Source of the DNA: Eledone cirrhosa | Taxonomy: Eukaryota | DNA: 64,000 nt | Assembly (NCBI GenBank): GCA_964016885.1 | Contig: OZ024743.1 | Coordinates: 120,528,001-120,592,000, forward strand | Reading direction: 5' to 3' | In this document: piece after piece, positions 11,610 to 26,204 of the stretch | Layout of the letters: each line of letters starts with the position of its first letter | How positions within the stretch are numbered: the stretch's first letter is position 1 | Notes under the pieces: generated by a model | Seen by the model: the letters and a program-made list of their open reading frames with translations, nothing else | What the model was told of the DNA's origin: nothing | Databases searched by the model: none | Position numbers and translations under genes: made by a program

Positions 11610-12349
11610 CATCTTGGAATGAATTCAATGGAATAATATTTATTTAAAGAACGAGTTTTCGCGTATCGTTACTCTGCGTTTTACATTACCGATCCTCAGG
11701 CGACAAAATATCTGCTTACATTTCCCGTGGTGGCAGATAACCACATGAGAGGGGTTACCGCAGACTCATAAGAGAGTAAGGGTAGTGTTTGAAGAGGGGC
11801 CATGTGTATGTATGCAAGAGAAGAGGAGGCGGCGAATATAGCCAAGCGGAAAAATAAGAAGGAAGTCGAAGTGAAAACCATATCATAGAAATTTAGTCTA
11901 CTTTTGCTGGTTAGTCGTGATAATACAAAGTGTTTTTAGGCAATAAGGTAAGGACAGAATTACCATGTGGTTAATTGTTGGCGTGGAATTGAGCAGCTAG
12001 TGTTTGATGCTTATCTAAATTTCTGGGAGACAGCTGACAATCTCTCTCTCTCTCTCTATCTCTCTCTTTCCCTCTTTCTCTCTCCCCCTATATATATATA
12101 CATATCTCTCCCCTTCTCCCCCCTATCTCACACACACATATATACACAAACGCTCGTGAACACATTCGCTCCCAATGCACGAACTCACATTCGCATACAA
12201 TTCCACATACACATGCACACACGCATACGCCCCCCCCCACATACCAACTCTCACTGGTAAATGTATTAGAGGTAAACCTTATTAATTTTGGTTGAAGATA
12301 ATAATAATAACAATAACAACAACAATATTTATAACAATAATAATAAATA

Positions 12350-12406
<57 letters not shown>

Positions 12407-12969
12407 CAGTAGTGATAATTTCTAATTAATGCACAAGGCCAGCATTTTGTAGTGAGCTAGAGGTCGATTATATCGAGCGGTGTTCGTGACTGGTACATTA
12501 TTTTATTGACTCTGGAATGATGAAAGGTGTAAAGTTGACCTCGACCTAGTAATGGCGATAATTATAACGATGAGGATGGCGATAAAAGTATTGGAAATGA
12601 TAACAGAAGTACTACTAATATTTCTATTATTAATTGTAATAACAACAATAGCGATAAAACAAACATTACTGTCACAACCATGTGAAATAATTGTTATCTT
12701 CATATGTGCATTGCTGTGAACACAAATTGCATGTACATATATGTGCATACACGTACAAACAGACACACACGTTGTCTGCACTCGCGCATAGTCACATAGA
12801 CACACATACATACGCCTATGCACACCTGCACACCATGCACGTGCGCGTTCACCCACGCCTGTACATGCACACATGAACGTCTTCTCTCTCACTCTCCCAC
12901 GTGCACACACACACACACACACACGCACACACATGTGCACACACATACATGTATATATACATATATATA

Positions 12970-13030
<61 letters not shown>

Positions 13031-13229
13031 AGAAATATACAAATATATGCATATGTACATGCGCACCCGCATACTCGCACCTATATAAACAGTCACGCAC
13101 AGATGTGTCTGTGTGTTTGTGTGTGCCTGTTTTTCTCATTTTCTTTGTGTGAATGCCTGTGAATACAATCACACACACACTTACACACATCCACGCACAG
13201 CCACACATCCACACACACACACGCGCGCA

Positions 13230-13334
<105 letters not shown>

Positions 13335-15100
13335 GTTTCTCTCCCAGCAAAGAAACAGGTATGTTTCCCGTGCCTTAGATAATACTAACAATATTTTTTT
13401 TAATCCGATCAGTTTTAATGAAATTTTAATTTATGCGTTAAATTTTGATTCTAATTATTTTCAATTTTTGGAAATGAAAATTATTCATGAGATCGAAACC
13501 TGTAAACTATCTCTTTAAAATAATTGCATTTTAAAAATATACATCTTGCATCGTCACCTACAAAGTCTGCATCCCTCACATATTATTTCTTACGGCTGAT
13601 TAAGTCTTTTCAAAAAACAAAATCTACAGAAACTTAATAAACTCATTTAGTAATATTTAATTTTCTAACAGCAGTGGATTGAAAGTATCGGTGGAGCATC
13701 GGACAAAATGCTTTGTGGTATTTAGAGACGACTTTCATCTTTCTGATTTTAAATTCCGCCGAAGGCAACTTTGCCTTGCATTCTTTCGGGGCGATAAATT
13801 AATATGCCTTTCCTTTGTCCTAAAGTTATTGACCTTATGCTTTAATTAGAAATCGATATTTGATTTTCTAAATATAGAGAGAGCAGGTCAAAATGTTTTC
13901 TTTATATGCATAAAACGTCTCATTACTAATTTGACCTCGAAAGGAAAACCCACTATTAGATGATACAACTATTGTTGGGTTTAATAAAAAAAAATTCATA
14001 AATGATCATGCATATATGAATCTAGGGATATTGTTCCTCACATTAATATTTATTTATTCGTTCTTTATACCTTATTTTCTGTTTCTTAGAAATGGTTTAA
14101 AACAATGTTTGAAAATTAAAATATACCCGTGATAGACTTTCCATCTTTACCCAAAATGTATAATGAGTTTACTATTTAATCCCGCTGGTTAATGTTGTGG
14201 GCCATATATTTAAGTATATATTCCTAGTTATAGAATCTTTATCTTGTATTCTCCCACATTCGCATCGCATTTCGAAATGTTGTTTATGTCTATTCATTTG
14301 AAGTTAAAATCCGTGTTTAAATATCATAGATGCAGTGGAAGTCTGCGTTGCTATTGGAAACAATTCTCTAAAGAAATGTATAAACACCAAGGCAAGTTTA
14401 TTTATCTGTACGAAGGTTATCCTCTTTATCTGTAGCTTTACTTCTTTTTACTATGCTTCAGTGTTCATTTACATCCATTCATATACTATTCAAAAATATT
14501 ACGAATATATGTATAAACACGAGAATGCATTCTTATGCAATCAGCTAAGAAAAATACGTGGATACATTAATAGAATAAATTATGATAACTATTGAAAAAT
14601 AATATATTTAAATAATGTATATAAATATTTAACCATTGGATATATTATCATTACATTCACCTTGTTCGATTGTATTTATTATTTTATTATTATATCCAAC
14701 GATTGCATTTGTATTTTACTAATTTATACTCATATTAATGATTTAGCGTATTGTGACGTATGAAAGAATGCTTGCGTACGGAGACACACAAGCACGCAAG
14801 CATCCCCTCCACCATACGCACACATTAGACTTAGTGTTCTCTGCCTGCTTATTCAAAACTGATTACTGACAGAAACCTACTTCTTAATTTTCAGGCAAGT
14901 GAAGCCCGCTATGTCATGATTGAACGAATGGCAGTATGGTAGGAATAAAATATATTCCAAAGGAACTCCATCATCATATGTAACATATGTTAAGCTGACT
15001 TTTTAAGATACATGTATCTTTTAAATATTTATTTTAAAATGTTATATTTATTTTATCTAGCGCTAACTAAATCAATAAATTTATTTCGAATCTTTGTTCA

Positions 15101-15344
15101 AATAATTGTTTCTACTTTAGACACAAGGCCAGCAATTACCCAGTGCATTGTTCAAATAATTGTTTCTACTTTAGGCACAAGGCCAGCAATTACCCAGTGC
15201 ATTACTGGTACTTTATTTTATCGACCCCGTAAGGATGAAAGGCAAAGTCAACCTCGACGGGATTTGAACTCAGATCGTAAAGGGACGTAACTATGCTGGA
15301 AAGCATGGCGTCCGACCCTCCACCGATACTGCCAATCCACCGCC
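15101..15344 (-). mobile_element. Truncated SINE (15101-15149) plus full-length SINE (15156-15344), nested
   Basis: Same family as 3881-4067. TSD gtgcattgttcaaataat at 15143-15160 and 15346-15363. Confidence 0.85.
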
Positions 15345-15649
15345 CGTGCATTGTTCAAATAATGCTATAATTTTACTATTCCAAAAATTCTTGACACTTT
15401 GCGTTTGTGTGAAATAACAATGAAGACTTTATTTATTCTAGTAGCTTCGATCCATTTAATGTAAATTAATGAATTTTTCAAAAGTAATTATATATTATTT
15501 TAGAATCGCTATCATGCTAGATTGATCGATATCTCAAGTAGCGGGAATAATAATAATCTTTTAAACATATTGCAATTGTATTTTATTAATATATTGTGGT
15601 ATTATATATATTATTTCATAAATCAATATAGTATTTATAATAGTTTATA

Positions 15650-16370
15650 ACATAGGCATAAGGCCAGCAATCTGTGGGGATTACTTCGATCTTAGTACTT
15701 GACTGGTACTTTATTCTATTGGCTCTGGAAATGTGAAAGAAAAAGTTGATTTGACAGGATAACAGAACGTAAAGTGCCGATACAAATACCGCAAGGTATG
15801 CTGTTCCACGCTATAACGATTTTGTAAACCCACTACTCTATGTAGTGCTTATAATGGTTTCTCATATAGGCACAAGGCCAGCAATTTTGGGGGAGAAGAA
15901 AGTCGATTAAATCGACCCCAGTGCGTGACTGGTACTTTATTTTATCGACCCCCATATGGATGAAAGGCAAAGTTAATCTCGGTGGGAATGTAGTGTTTAT
16001 AATAGAACCTGTTTCATCATATAATTTAGAGTAAAGCTAGAAGCCTACATTATACATAATTTCAATCAGATTTCAATATTTAATAATTTAATTTTTGTAC
16101 TATTCTACCAGAATGAAGAGAAAAGTGAAACTAAAATATATCTGAAACAGTTAATTTGTAGCTAAATATATTGTTTTAACCATATTGACACTTAACTATG
16201 TTACATTCACATTCCATAGAAGTAGAAGTTGTTTTAAAATAATTGTCTCTACTTTTGGCACAAGGCCAGCAATTATCCCAGTGCATTACCGGTACTTTAT
16301 TTTATCGACCCCGTAAGGATGAAAGGCAAAGTTAACCTAGGCGGGATTTGAACTCAGAATGGCAAGGGCG
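15650..16370 (-). mobile_element. Cluster of diverged or partial SINE copies (~15650-15830, 15858-15990, 16240-16370)
   Basis: Recurrent 'ggcacaaggccagcaat...ctggtactttattttatcgacccc...gatgaaaggcaaagtt' motif. Confidence 0.7.
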
Positions 16371-16979
16371 GTATAATGATAATAAAATTTGTAATCAAAA
16401 CATTTTCCCTCCACTAACAGAAAACAATAGATTTCTTTTTAATTTGTTGTAATCAAAAGAGGATTATATTGTAGAAGTAAATATTATACCGTTATATGTC
16501 ACTAAGAAAATATTTAAAACGAATATTTACCAATAGATATCAATTCATTCATGTTCATACATTATATAGAACAAGAAATAGTTTTATTTCTTGAGCTTAT
16601 TTTTGTTTGCACACATAAAACATATGACATGCACAACTCACACACACACACACATGAGGCGATTTTTAGAGAATATTAGAGTTGATAAAATACGTTGCGG
16701 TACACCATCTTTTTGTGACATGCCGCTGATGTTAACTGTGTCTTTGATAATTTCGGGTATAAAGTACCAATCTTGGACAGTCAATGAGTTAGAGCCTCTG
16801 AAGAGATACCTTGCGGTATCTGTTCGGGTTCCTTGCGTTCTAGGTTAAAGTTCTCCCTCTCACTGCAGTTTTGTCATGAGTCACGATATTACAAAGCATT
16901 GGCATGGAGTCCAATATCTAAAAGAGGCCGCATATAAAGACCCACAAAGGCCCTATGAGTCTGAGAGGTAAAACAATAC

Positions 16980-17077
<98 letters not shown>

Positions 17078-17552
17078 CCTGTGGCAACACCAACACTCGT
17101 GATACCCGAACTTTGCCCGAGTAGTCCAAATTCAAATTAAAGATATCTTAGAAGATTTCGTTAATTCTAGGCTTGTAATATGTGTTCGGACTTAAAGGTG
17201 CGACGCCGCTGAAAAAAATTCTGAACTAATCAGAAGAAAATAATCCCGAAAGGTTTTAATTTATTATTCTTAAAAAAAAAGATAACTTTTTCAACTTTAT
17301 TATATTATATTTAATGAAGCTAACTCGAAACAAACAAGATTCACGATCAAAAGAAGCGAAGGGTTAAAAGGATGCAGGTTGAACGTATAAGGTTTGGCAC
17401 CAGCCTGCACATATTTGATCTAACGCTTCAAAACCGGAGTAATATTGTTGAGCTAGATTCACCAACGATATATATATATATATGCATGAAACTCTCTTTC
17501 TCTCTTATATATATATATATATATATTTATTTATATATATGTATATATATCG

Positions 17553-17585
<33 letters not shown>

Positions 17586-17639
17586 TGTGTGTGTGTGTCT
17601 GTGTGTGTGTGTGTGTGTGTGTCTGTGTGTGTGTGTGTG

Positions 17640-18470
17640 TGGTATTCCCTATAGAAGTCCACTATTCCATTTTCCTCATGTACATTACTTATACTGTCAC
17701 AGAAGATCACTGTAGTGCAAGGATTTCCATTATCATTCTAAGGAGAATCTTTTCTATACTACTTAATGACTTGAGTGCGCGTAGGCTGAGAAGCATACCT
17801 ATTTCACCGATTACCGCATTAGTAGTATTTTTCCATGAAGAGGCAGATACAAATGTCCAGCTATTATAAGAATCATGATGTTTGAAGTCTAACTCATTAT
17901 GACACATGACATCCATGCTAAAAGTAGCTGCGCCAGCTGCTAATTCTGGAAGTTGATTGAATGTATTCAGAGCGCAGAGATTAAAAGTTGAAAATATCAT
18001 GGAACATTTACATTTAAATAAAGTACTTTTTTTGTTTCTGTAGCTGAGACAGGAGCAGGCTGTTACTTTTTTGTTTGACACCGTAACGAGTGATGTGGGA
18101 TGAACTTTTAAGTAATATCAAAGTCATAGTGAATATTTAGGCGAGTGAATGACATCTATGATCACCAAATCTAAAGATGTTAACTGTCGTTCACCTTCGC
18201 AACAAATTAATCCTTGTCAATATCATAAATTTCTGTTTCCCCGCATCTTGGGTGATACACCGTTGATTATTGCTTAATTAATTCACCCACCAAAGTAGTA
18301 TCATGCTATTCCCCATATTTTCTCATACAGATTTTTCATGTAATCTCATCCATTCTCTCAGACCTTTCTGGCTTGGTTAGGTCTGTCAAGAATAAAGCTC
18401 CCGATGGTATAGCTCTTTGGATTGTGGAGATATACATACCTAACGATCAAAGGGAGGAAAGAATCATAAC
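17640..18470 (-). mobile_element. RTE/RTEX-type LINE 5' fragment (AP-endonuclease N-terminus)
   Basis: 'STFNLCALNTFNQLPELAA...WTFVSASSWKNTTNAVIGEIGMLLSLRALKSL' resembles the APE N-terminal motifs of RTE-type LINEs. Confidence 0.65.
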
Positions 18471-18475
18471 ACCCG

Positions 18476-21075
18476 CACACACACAGACACACACACACAA
18501 ACGAACACATTCCCACACGCCCACATACTCTCCCTTACACACACACAGAGACACGCACACAAACGAACACATTCACACACTCCCACATACTCTCCCTTAC
18601 ACACACACAGACACACGCACACAAACGAACACATTCACACACTCCCACATACTCTCCCTTACACACACACAGACACACACACACAAACGAACACATTCAC
18701 ACACTCCCACATACTCTCCGTTACACACACACAGGCACACACACACAAACGAACACATTCCCACACTCCCACATACTCTCCCTTACACACACACAGACAC
18801 ACGCACACAAACGAACACATTCCCACACTCCCACATACTCTCCCTTACACACACACAGACACACGCACACAAACGAACACATTCACACACTCCCACATAC
18901 TCTCCCTTACACACACACAGACACACGCACACAAACGAACACATTCACACACTCCCACATACTCTCCCTTACACACACACAGAGACACGCACACAAACGA
19001 ACACATTCACACACTCCCACATACTCTCCCTTACACACACACAGACACACGCACACAAACGAACACATTCACACACTCCCACATACTCTCCCTTACACAC
19101 ACACAGAGACACGCACACAAACGAACACATTCACACACTCCCACATACTCTCCCTTACACACACAGACACACGCACGCAAACGAACACATTCCCACACTC
19201 CCACATATTCTCCCTTACACACACACAGACACACGCACACAAACGAACACATTCACACACTCCCACACACTGTTCCTTACACACACACAGACACACGCAC
19301 ACAAACGAACACATTCACACACTCCCACACACTCTCCCTTACACACACACAGACACACGCACACAAACGAACACATTCACACACTCCCACATACTCTCCC
19401 TTACACACACACAGACACACGCACACAAACGAACACATTCACACACTCCCACATACTCTCCCTTACACACACACAGAGACACGCACACAAACGAACACAT
19501 TCACACACTCCCACATACTCTCCCTTACACACACAGACACACGCACGCAAACGAACACATTCCCACACTCCCACATATTCTCCCTTACACACACACAGAC
19601 ACACGCACACAAACGAACACATTCACACACTCCCACATACTCTCCCTTACACACACAGACACACGCACGCAAACGAACACATTCCCACACTCCCACATAT
19701 TCTCCCTTACACACACACAGACACACGCACACAAACGAACACATTCACACACTCCCACATACTCTCCCTTACACACACACAGACACACGCACACAAACGA
19801 ACACATTCCCACACTCCCACATATTCTCCCTTACACACACACAGACACACGCACACAAACGAACACATTCACACACTCCCACACACTGTTCCTTACACAC
19901 ACACAGACACACGCACACAAACGAACACATTCACACACTCCCACACACTCTCCCTTACACACACACAGACACACGCACACAAACGAACACATTCACACAC
20001 TCCCACACACTCTCCCTTACACACACAGACACACGCACACAAACGAACACATTCACACACTCCCACATACTCTCCCTTACACACACACAGACACACGCAC
20101 ACAAACGAACACATTCACACACTCCCACATACTCTCCCTTACACACACACAGACACACGCACACAAACGAACACATTCACACACTCCCACATACTGTTCC
20201 TTACACACACACAGACACACCCACACAAACGAACACATTCACACACTCCCACATACTGTTCCTTACACACACACAGACACGCACACAAACGAACACATTC
20301 CCACACTCCCACATACTGTTCCTTACACACACACAGACACACGCACACAAACGAACACATTCACACACTCCCACATACTCTCCCTTACACACACACAGAC
20401 ACACGCACACAAACGAACACATTCACACACTCTCACATACTCTCCCTTACACACACACAGAGACACACACACAAACGAACACATTCACACACTCCCACAT
20501 ACTCTCCCTTACACACACACAGACACACGCACACAAACGAACACATTCCCACACTCCCACATACTGTTCCTTACACACACACACAGACACACGCACACAA
20601 ACGAACACATTCACACACTCCCACATACTCTCCCTTACACACACACAGACACACACACACAAACGAACACATTCACACACTCCCACATACTCTCCCTTAC
20701 ACACACACAGACACACGCACACAAACGAACACATTCACACACTCCCACATACACTCCCTTACACACACAGACACACGCACACAAACGAACACATTCACAC
20801 ACTCCCACATACTCTCCCTTACACACACACAGACACACGCACACAAACGAACACATTCACACACTCCCACATACTGTTCCTTACACACACACAGACACAC
20901 GCACACAAACGAACACATTCCCACACTCCCACATACTGTTCCTTACACACACACAGACACACGCACACAAACGAACACATTCACACACTCCCACATACTG
21001 TTCCTTACACACACACAGACACACGCACACAAACGAACACATTCACACACTCCCACATACTGTCCCTTACACACA
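18476..21075. repeat. CA-rich minisatellite, 60-62 bp unit, roughly 40 copies
   Basis: Unit acacacacagacacacgcacacaaacgaacacattcacacactcccacatactctccctt(ac) repeated in tandem with few variants. Confidence 0.95.
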
Positions 21076-21986
21076 CATATATACACGCACGCATATAAGT
21101 ATAAATATCTTTCAAGAGTACCGAAAAATATATTAATAAAGAATAATTGTCAGAAGCAATAAACCGTTTCTAACTTGGCTCAAAAATATCTATAATAATA
21201 AATCATTGCTTATAATTTGAATCTTCTGCTTTTGTCCTTCACGAGACGCATTTGATACATCTACATTCAAATTATAAACAACGTTTTATATTGTGTATTT
21301 TTGACCCAAGTGATAAACAGTGTTATATTACATTTTCTGACAATTATACTTTATATACATGGGTCGGCTAAAATGTTTATAGGTTGACCAAGAGATTCTC
21401 CTGGAATGACCAAACGTGGTATATTTTTCAACATAGTCCCTGGAAAGAAACAATGCAGTTATTAATAAGAAGAGTTGAAACTAATGCACCAAGATTTCAC
21501 AGTTCTAGCTTCACATCAGTCTATTTCGTTTATTTCAATCATCATTGCACATGCGTTACCGGAAATTGACAATCTGTCGCCTTTCTAGGCAATTAATAAT
21601 GGAATAGTACATATAGCACATCATAACGTTAAAATGAACATACAGAACATACTAATCACAAACAGAAATGAACGCCTGACTGATGATGTTTAAATCATAC
21701 GCGCACGTTAACTTGTCCATTAAGTGACAGCAGCACTCGTTAACATTACTTCACTCAGAAGATGAGACCTTGAATGTATGAAAGATATCTGATCTCAAAG
21801 TTATTAGCGAGAAACTTACATAGTACGGAAAAAGAGAATGCTCATCCCGTTTTCATTAGAAAGCTTTTCCCATATAACACACGCGTGCGCATATATATAT
21901 ATATATATATATGTTATGGAATATATATATATATATATGTTATGGAATACTGTTAGCTTATCGCTAAAACAATTTCTATACCTTTC

Positions 21987-22054
<68 letters not shown>

Positions 22055-22057
<3 letters not shown>

Positions 22058-22256
22058 TGGTTGCACAACAGTTAGTTCACCATACCGAGAACAATTGTTT
22101 CACCTTAGCGGATCCCCAGCTCGTAATCTGAGGATCCGCTAAGGTGAAACAATTGTTCTCGGTATGGTGAACTAGCTGTTGTGTAACCACTTCTACCTAA
22201 CTCGTCCCATGGACTGAGTGCTCTACCACTACGGATATTACCTTCCAGTGTTCTAC

Positions 22257-22260
<4 letters not shown>
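22055..22260 (+). mobile_element. PLE-type palindromic mini-element, family C, with hammerhead motif
   Basis: Inverted arms 22055-22119 and 22128-22192, tail 22193-22260, in (TA)n. Contains CTGAGGA-tcc-gctaa-ggt-GAAAC-aatt-GTT-ctcg. Confidence 0.8.
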
Positions 22261-22304
<44 letters not shown>

Positions 22305-22677
22305 CATAAATACATATACACATATATATATATGTACACACACACACAAACGCACACACATATATATATATGGAATTTCTCTGAAGAGTAACGTCGAGTA
22401 CTATGGAGCAGTGTGGAACAGTGTATTATGTAATAATATAGATTTAATAGGCCGTTTACCTACTTAACGCATTGGAACACATGTAAAACTTTCCAGTATT
22501 TAATAAATGAATCATTGGATATCAGCAAATGTGCCTTGCTTTTCTATTAACATATATATATTTATACATATAACTTCTGTGGGTGACGTTGAGCCAGTCC
22601 TTTGCGAAACACGCGCATAGCAGGTCATTACACATTAAAAACCTAAATACATGTAAACGAAACTTTATCGTCTTTTC

Positions 22678-22737
<60 letters not shown>

Positions 22738-24984
22738 AAAGAACACAAGAGCGTCTACAACATAAAAAGATTTTTATTGGCTTACAATGTTTCTTCGTTA
22801 CGTAACCGTAGGATTCGTCAGATTAACCTAAGTATGTATGTATGTATGTATGTATGTATGTATGTATACACATGCACATATATATATATATACATATGTA
22901 TATACATGTACATATACATAATGTTCAACAATGAACATTCAAGGAAAACAAAATTAAGTAGTAATTAATCCATTGTTTTGTGATCGTTTAACAGACCGTT
23001 ATGCAAATTAATCGATAGTAGTGATGTGACTTCATACCTCAAGCTTTGAAATTTCACACAAACAATACATATAATAATCTTCACAAAAAACAATTGAGCC
23101 TTCCCCAAGACATGCAGAGAATCATGGGCTCCAACCGTAGTGCAGTTATCTGTATTTGTCATGTTTTCTATTAGCAGAAATATTGTGATGTCTACCAATG
23201 ATTCTCACCAGCGCAGTGCTCCGCATATGGAATCAGAATTCTCTTACCGTTGACCTGGTGATCTTTTTATTGGTGTTCACTTTTCAGCACATCCACCATT
23301 CTATAAAGTTTCGTTTACATGTTTGTTTTTGTTGAGTATCGACCTGTTAGGCGCGTTTTGCAAAGTGTGTGTGTGTGTATGTAGCATCGGAAAATTCTGA
23401 AAATCAAATTGTAGACGGAAAGGAACCATAGAAATGGAACAAACAAACAATTTCCGATTTTCAGCCATCCATTCAGTGCGTTGATATCCAACGATATCAC
23501 TGATATCGAAGGCATTCCGAGTTTTTGGTATTTTTAACATAGTAACTGTGAATACTCATAATATCACAACGACTGGGAAGACTACCACAGCGACTGCTAG
23601 AAACTAGATAGGACAAAGGGTGAGAATCGCAATGAAATAGATTAGTCGCTGTTCAGAGACACATGATAGAACACAGTGCCATTGTTAGATTACCTTAGAC
23701 AATCAGTAGGAGAGAGACAAGGAAATTGAACGTTAACTCGTTAACGAATAAGCTAAAAAGTAAAACATGGAAACTGCCTTAAATAAACTAAAGAAGCCAG
23801 ACTTTTAACGGTTAAAAATCATTAAAGCATATTCTATTTAACAGATCAGTATTGAGCTTCCTTTGAAAATTTAGCTTGTATAAAAAGAAAAACATAGTAT
23901 GCTTTATAATTCAATTAGTCGTCGAATTTGGACTGCACCCGCTCTCATGTCACTACAGGGCAAATTGTTTTTTTTCCACACACCATCTTCAACGACATTA
24001 TCAGAAGGAGTTGATCTAGAACGTTTCCCGTCACAACTGGAGTCTGCTGACTCCAACGACATTGATGATAAACGCTCAGACGGGTTAACCCTTTTACTCT
24101 GACTATTTGATTTCGTCTTTTATATGCAAATATTATAAAATAATTGAAATTTGTTGAATAAAATAGTTTCACATATCATTTAATTATATAAATTCCATAT
24201 AATTATTACATATGTATTAAATAAAAATACATACCTGATTAAGTGTATTGAACGTAATATTTTATCTTCGAAGTGTTGGGATGTAAACCACAAATAGAAA
24301 TAGATATTTCTGAGAAAGTACAGAGACCGATGTGTGCAGGGATAACACAAACAGCCAAATATTGGAACTGGTCAGAGATAATAAAGAAATGGCATTAAGT
24401 ATTGAGATGAATCTCAGATTTATGACACTAGATCTGTAATCTGTAATCATCATTGCCTTAAGAATTCGCAACAGTGTTCTGACAGTACCTAATGATTCAC
24501 AATATATTCTGAAGAAGGGAATTTTAAGTCCCGAAATATTAGGACGAAAGAAACAAAACAAAAAAAAGCAAAACAAAGATTCCCAGCTAACTTAGTTTTT
24601 CGTTACCTTCATCTTACCTTCCATTTTGCATTGTTTATCCTTATATCACTTTCCCCATTATACAATATATTTGGTTCCGGAAGTGACAACATTGGAGTGG
24701 ATATTCTAATTGTGAGACGGCATTTTCGTAGTATTATGGATACCTTTCATCGATGAAATAATTGCCAGTCAAGTACTGATCGATATAATCGTCACTTTCC
24801 CCTTACCATTTTAAGTTAAAGAGAAATAAAGCCTAGAGACTAACTGTTAAGCAGAATCTGAAAGAATAAAATAGTGTGGAATAGCTATAAAATTAGTGAG
24901 AAAGAGAAATCAAAGAATGAAAGACAGGTGAATTGAAATAGGATTTTTTAATATCACTCGGAGAACGAGAAAGAGACAGAGAGA

Positions 24985-25075
<91 letters not shown>

Positions 25076-25399
25076 GAGAGAGACAGAGAGAGTGGGAGAG
25101 AGGGAGAGAAGGAGAGAGAGAGAGAAGGGGAGAGAAAGAGAAAGAAAGAGTAGGAGAGAAAGATAGAGAAATAGAAAATACCACTGTGGTGGTAGCGTAG
25201 ATGCAGGCGATAGCTGTATGCCAAAGAAAGATAGCAGTGCCTACATATAGAACAGGGTGAGGAAAGGAAATTGTGATGTGGAGTATAAAGATGCACACAA
25301 GAAAAACAGAATCAGAATTGGGAGTCTAACGCAATGGTTCCAAGTCACTAAGGAATTACAACTCACACACACACACACACTCACTCACACACACACACG

Positions 25400-25494
<95 letters not shown>

Positions 25495-26160
25495 ACACGC
25501 ACACACACACACACAAATACACACACACACACAAACACACACAAACACACACACACAAACAAAAATAAACCCAACAAATACAGTTTAACAGAAATTTACT
25601 AAGTTTAAGTAAAAGTTAAAATATATCTTATATTTACGTAATTCAGATAACTTTGACTAATTAAAGAGGTCACTTGAATAGCAAGTGGGACTAAAAGATA
25701 AAATGATAACAATGTTACCAAGAATTAATGCACACAAGGGTCGAACCAAAGTTCAGCTGAGTATTAGAAAGGTATTTACACTACCAGAATTAAAGCTCTG
25801 TTTCTAGTTGCTAATCCTTATATATTAATAATTGTTTCTACATTTGGCACAGGGCCAGTAATTATCCCAGTATATAACTGGCGCTTTATTTTATCGACCC
25901 CGTAAGGATGAAAGGCAAAGTTAACCTTATATATTAATAATATAAATACTAAGAGAATATTCAATAGTTGAGTTAGATAACATATACAAGCCTTCCGGCA
26001 CTATGGGGGATTTTGGGACTTAAGCCCATCCAATGATTTGTTTCAATACTCTTGTGCTTTGGTTTTACTACACCGATTTTCTATTGAATCTAAATATGTT
26101 AGTAAGATTATGTTTTTAATTTCTTTCTTAGTCCAGCATTAGTGATAAAAATGCGTAAGC

Positions 26161-26204
<44 letters not shown>

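Noticed and set aside
18476-21075. CRISPR-like array
   Set aside because: No unique spacers and no cas genes; eukaryotic context.
18373-21162. 929-aa His/Thr-rich ORF
   Set aside because: It is the translation of a stop-free CA-rich minisatellite cycling through frames, with no protein-like features.
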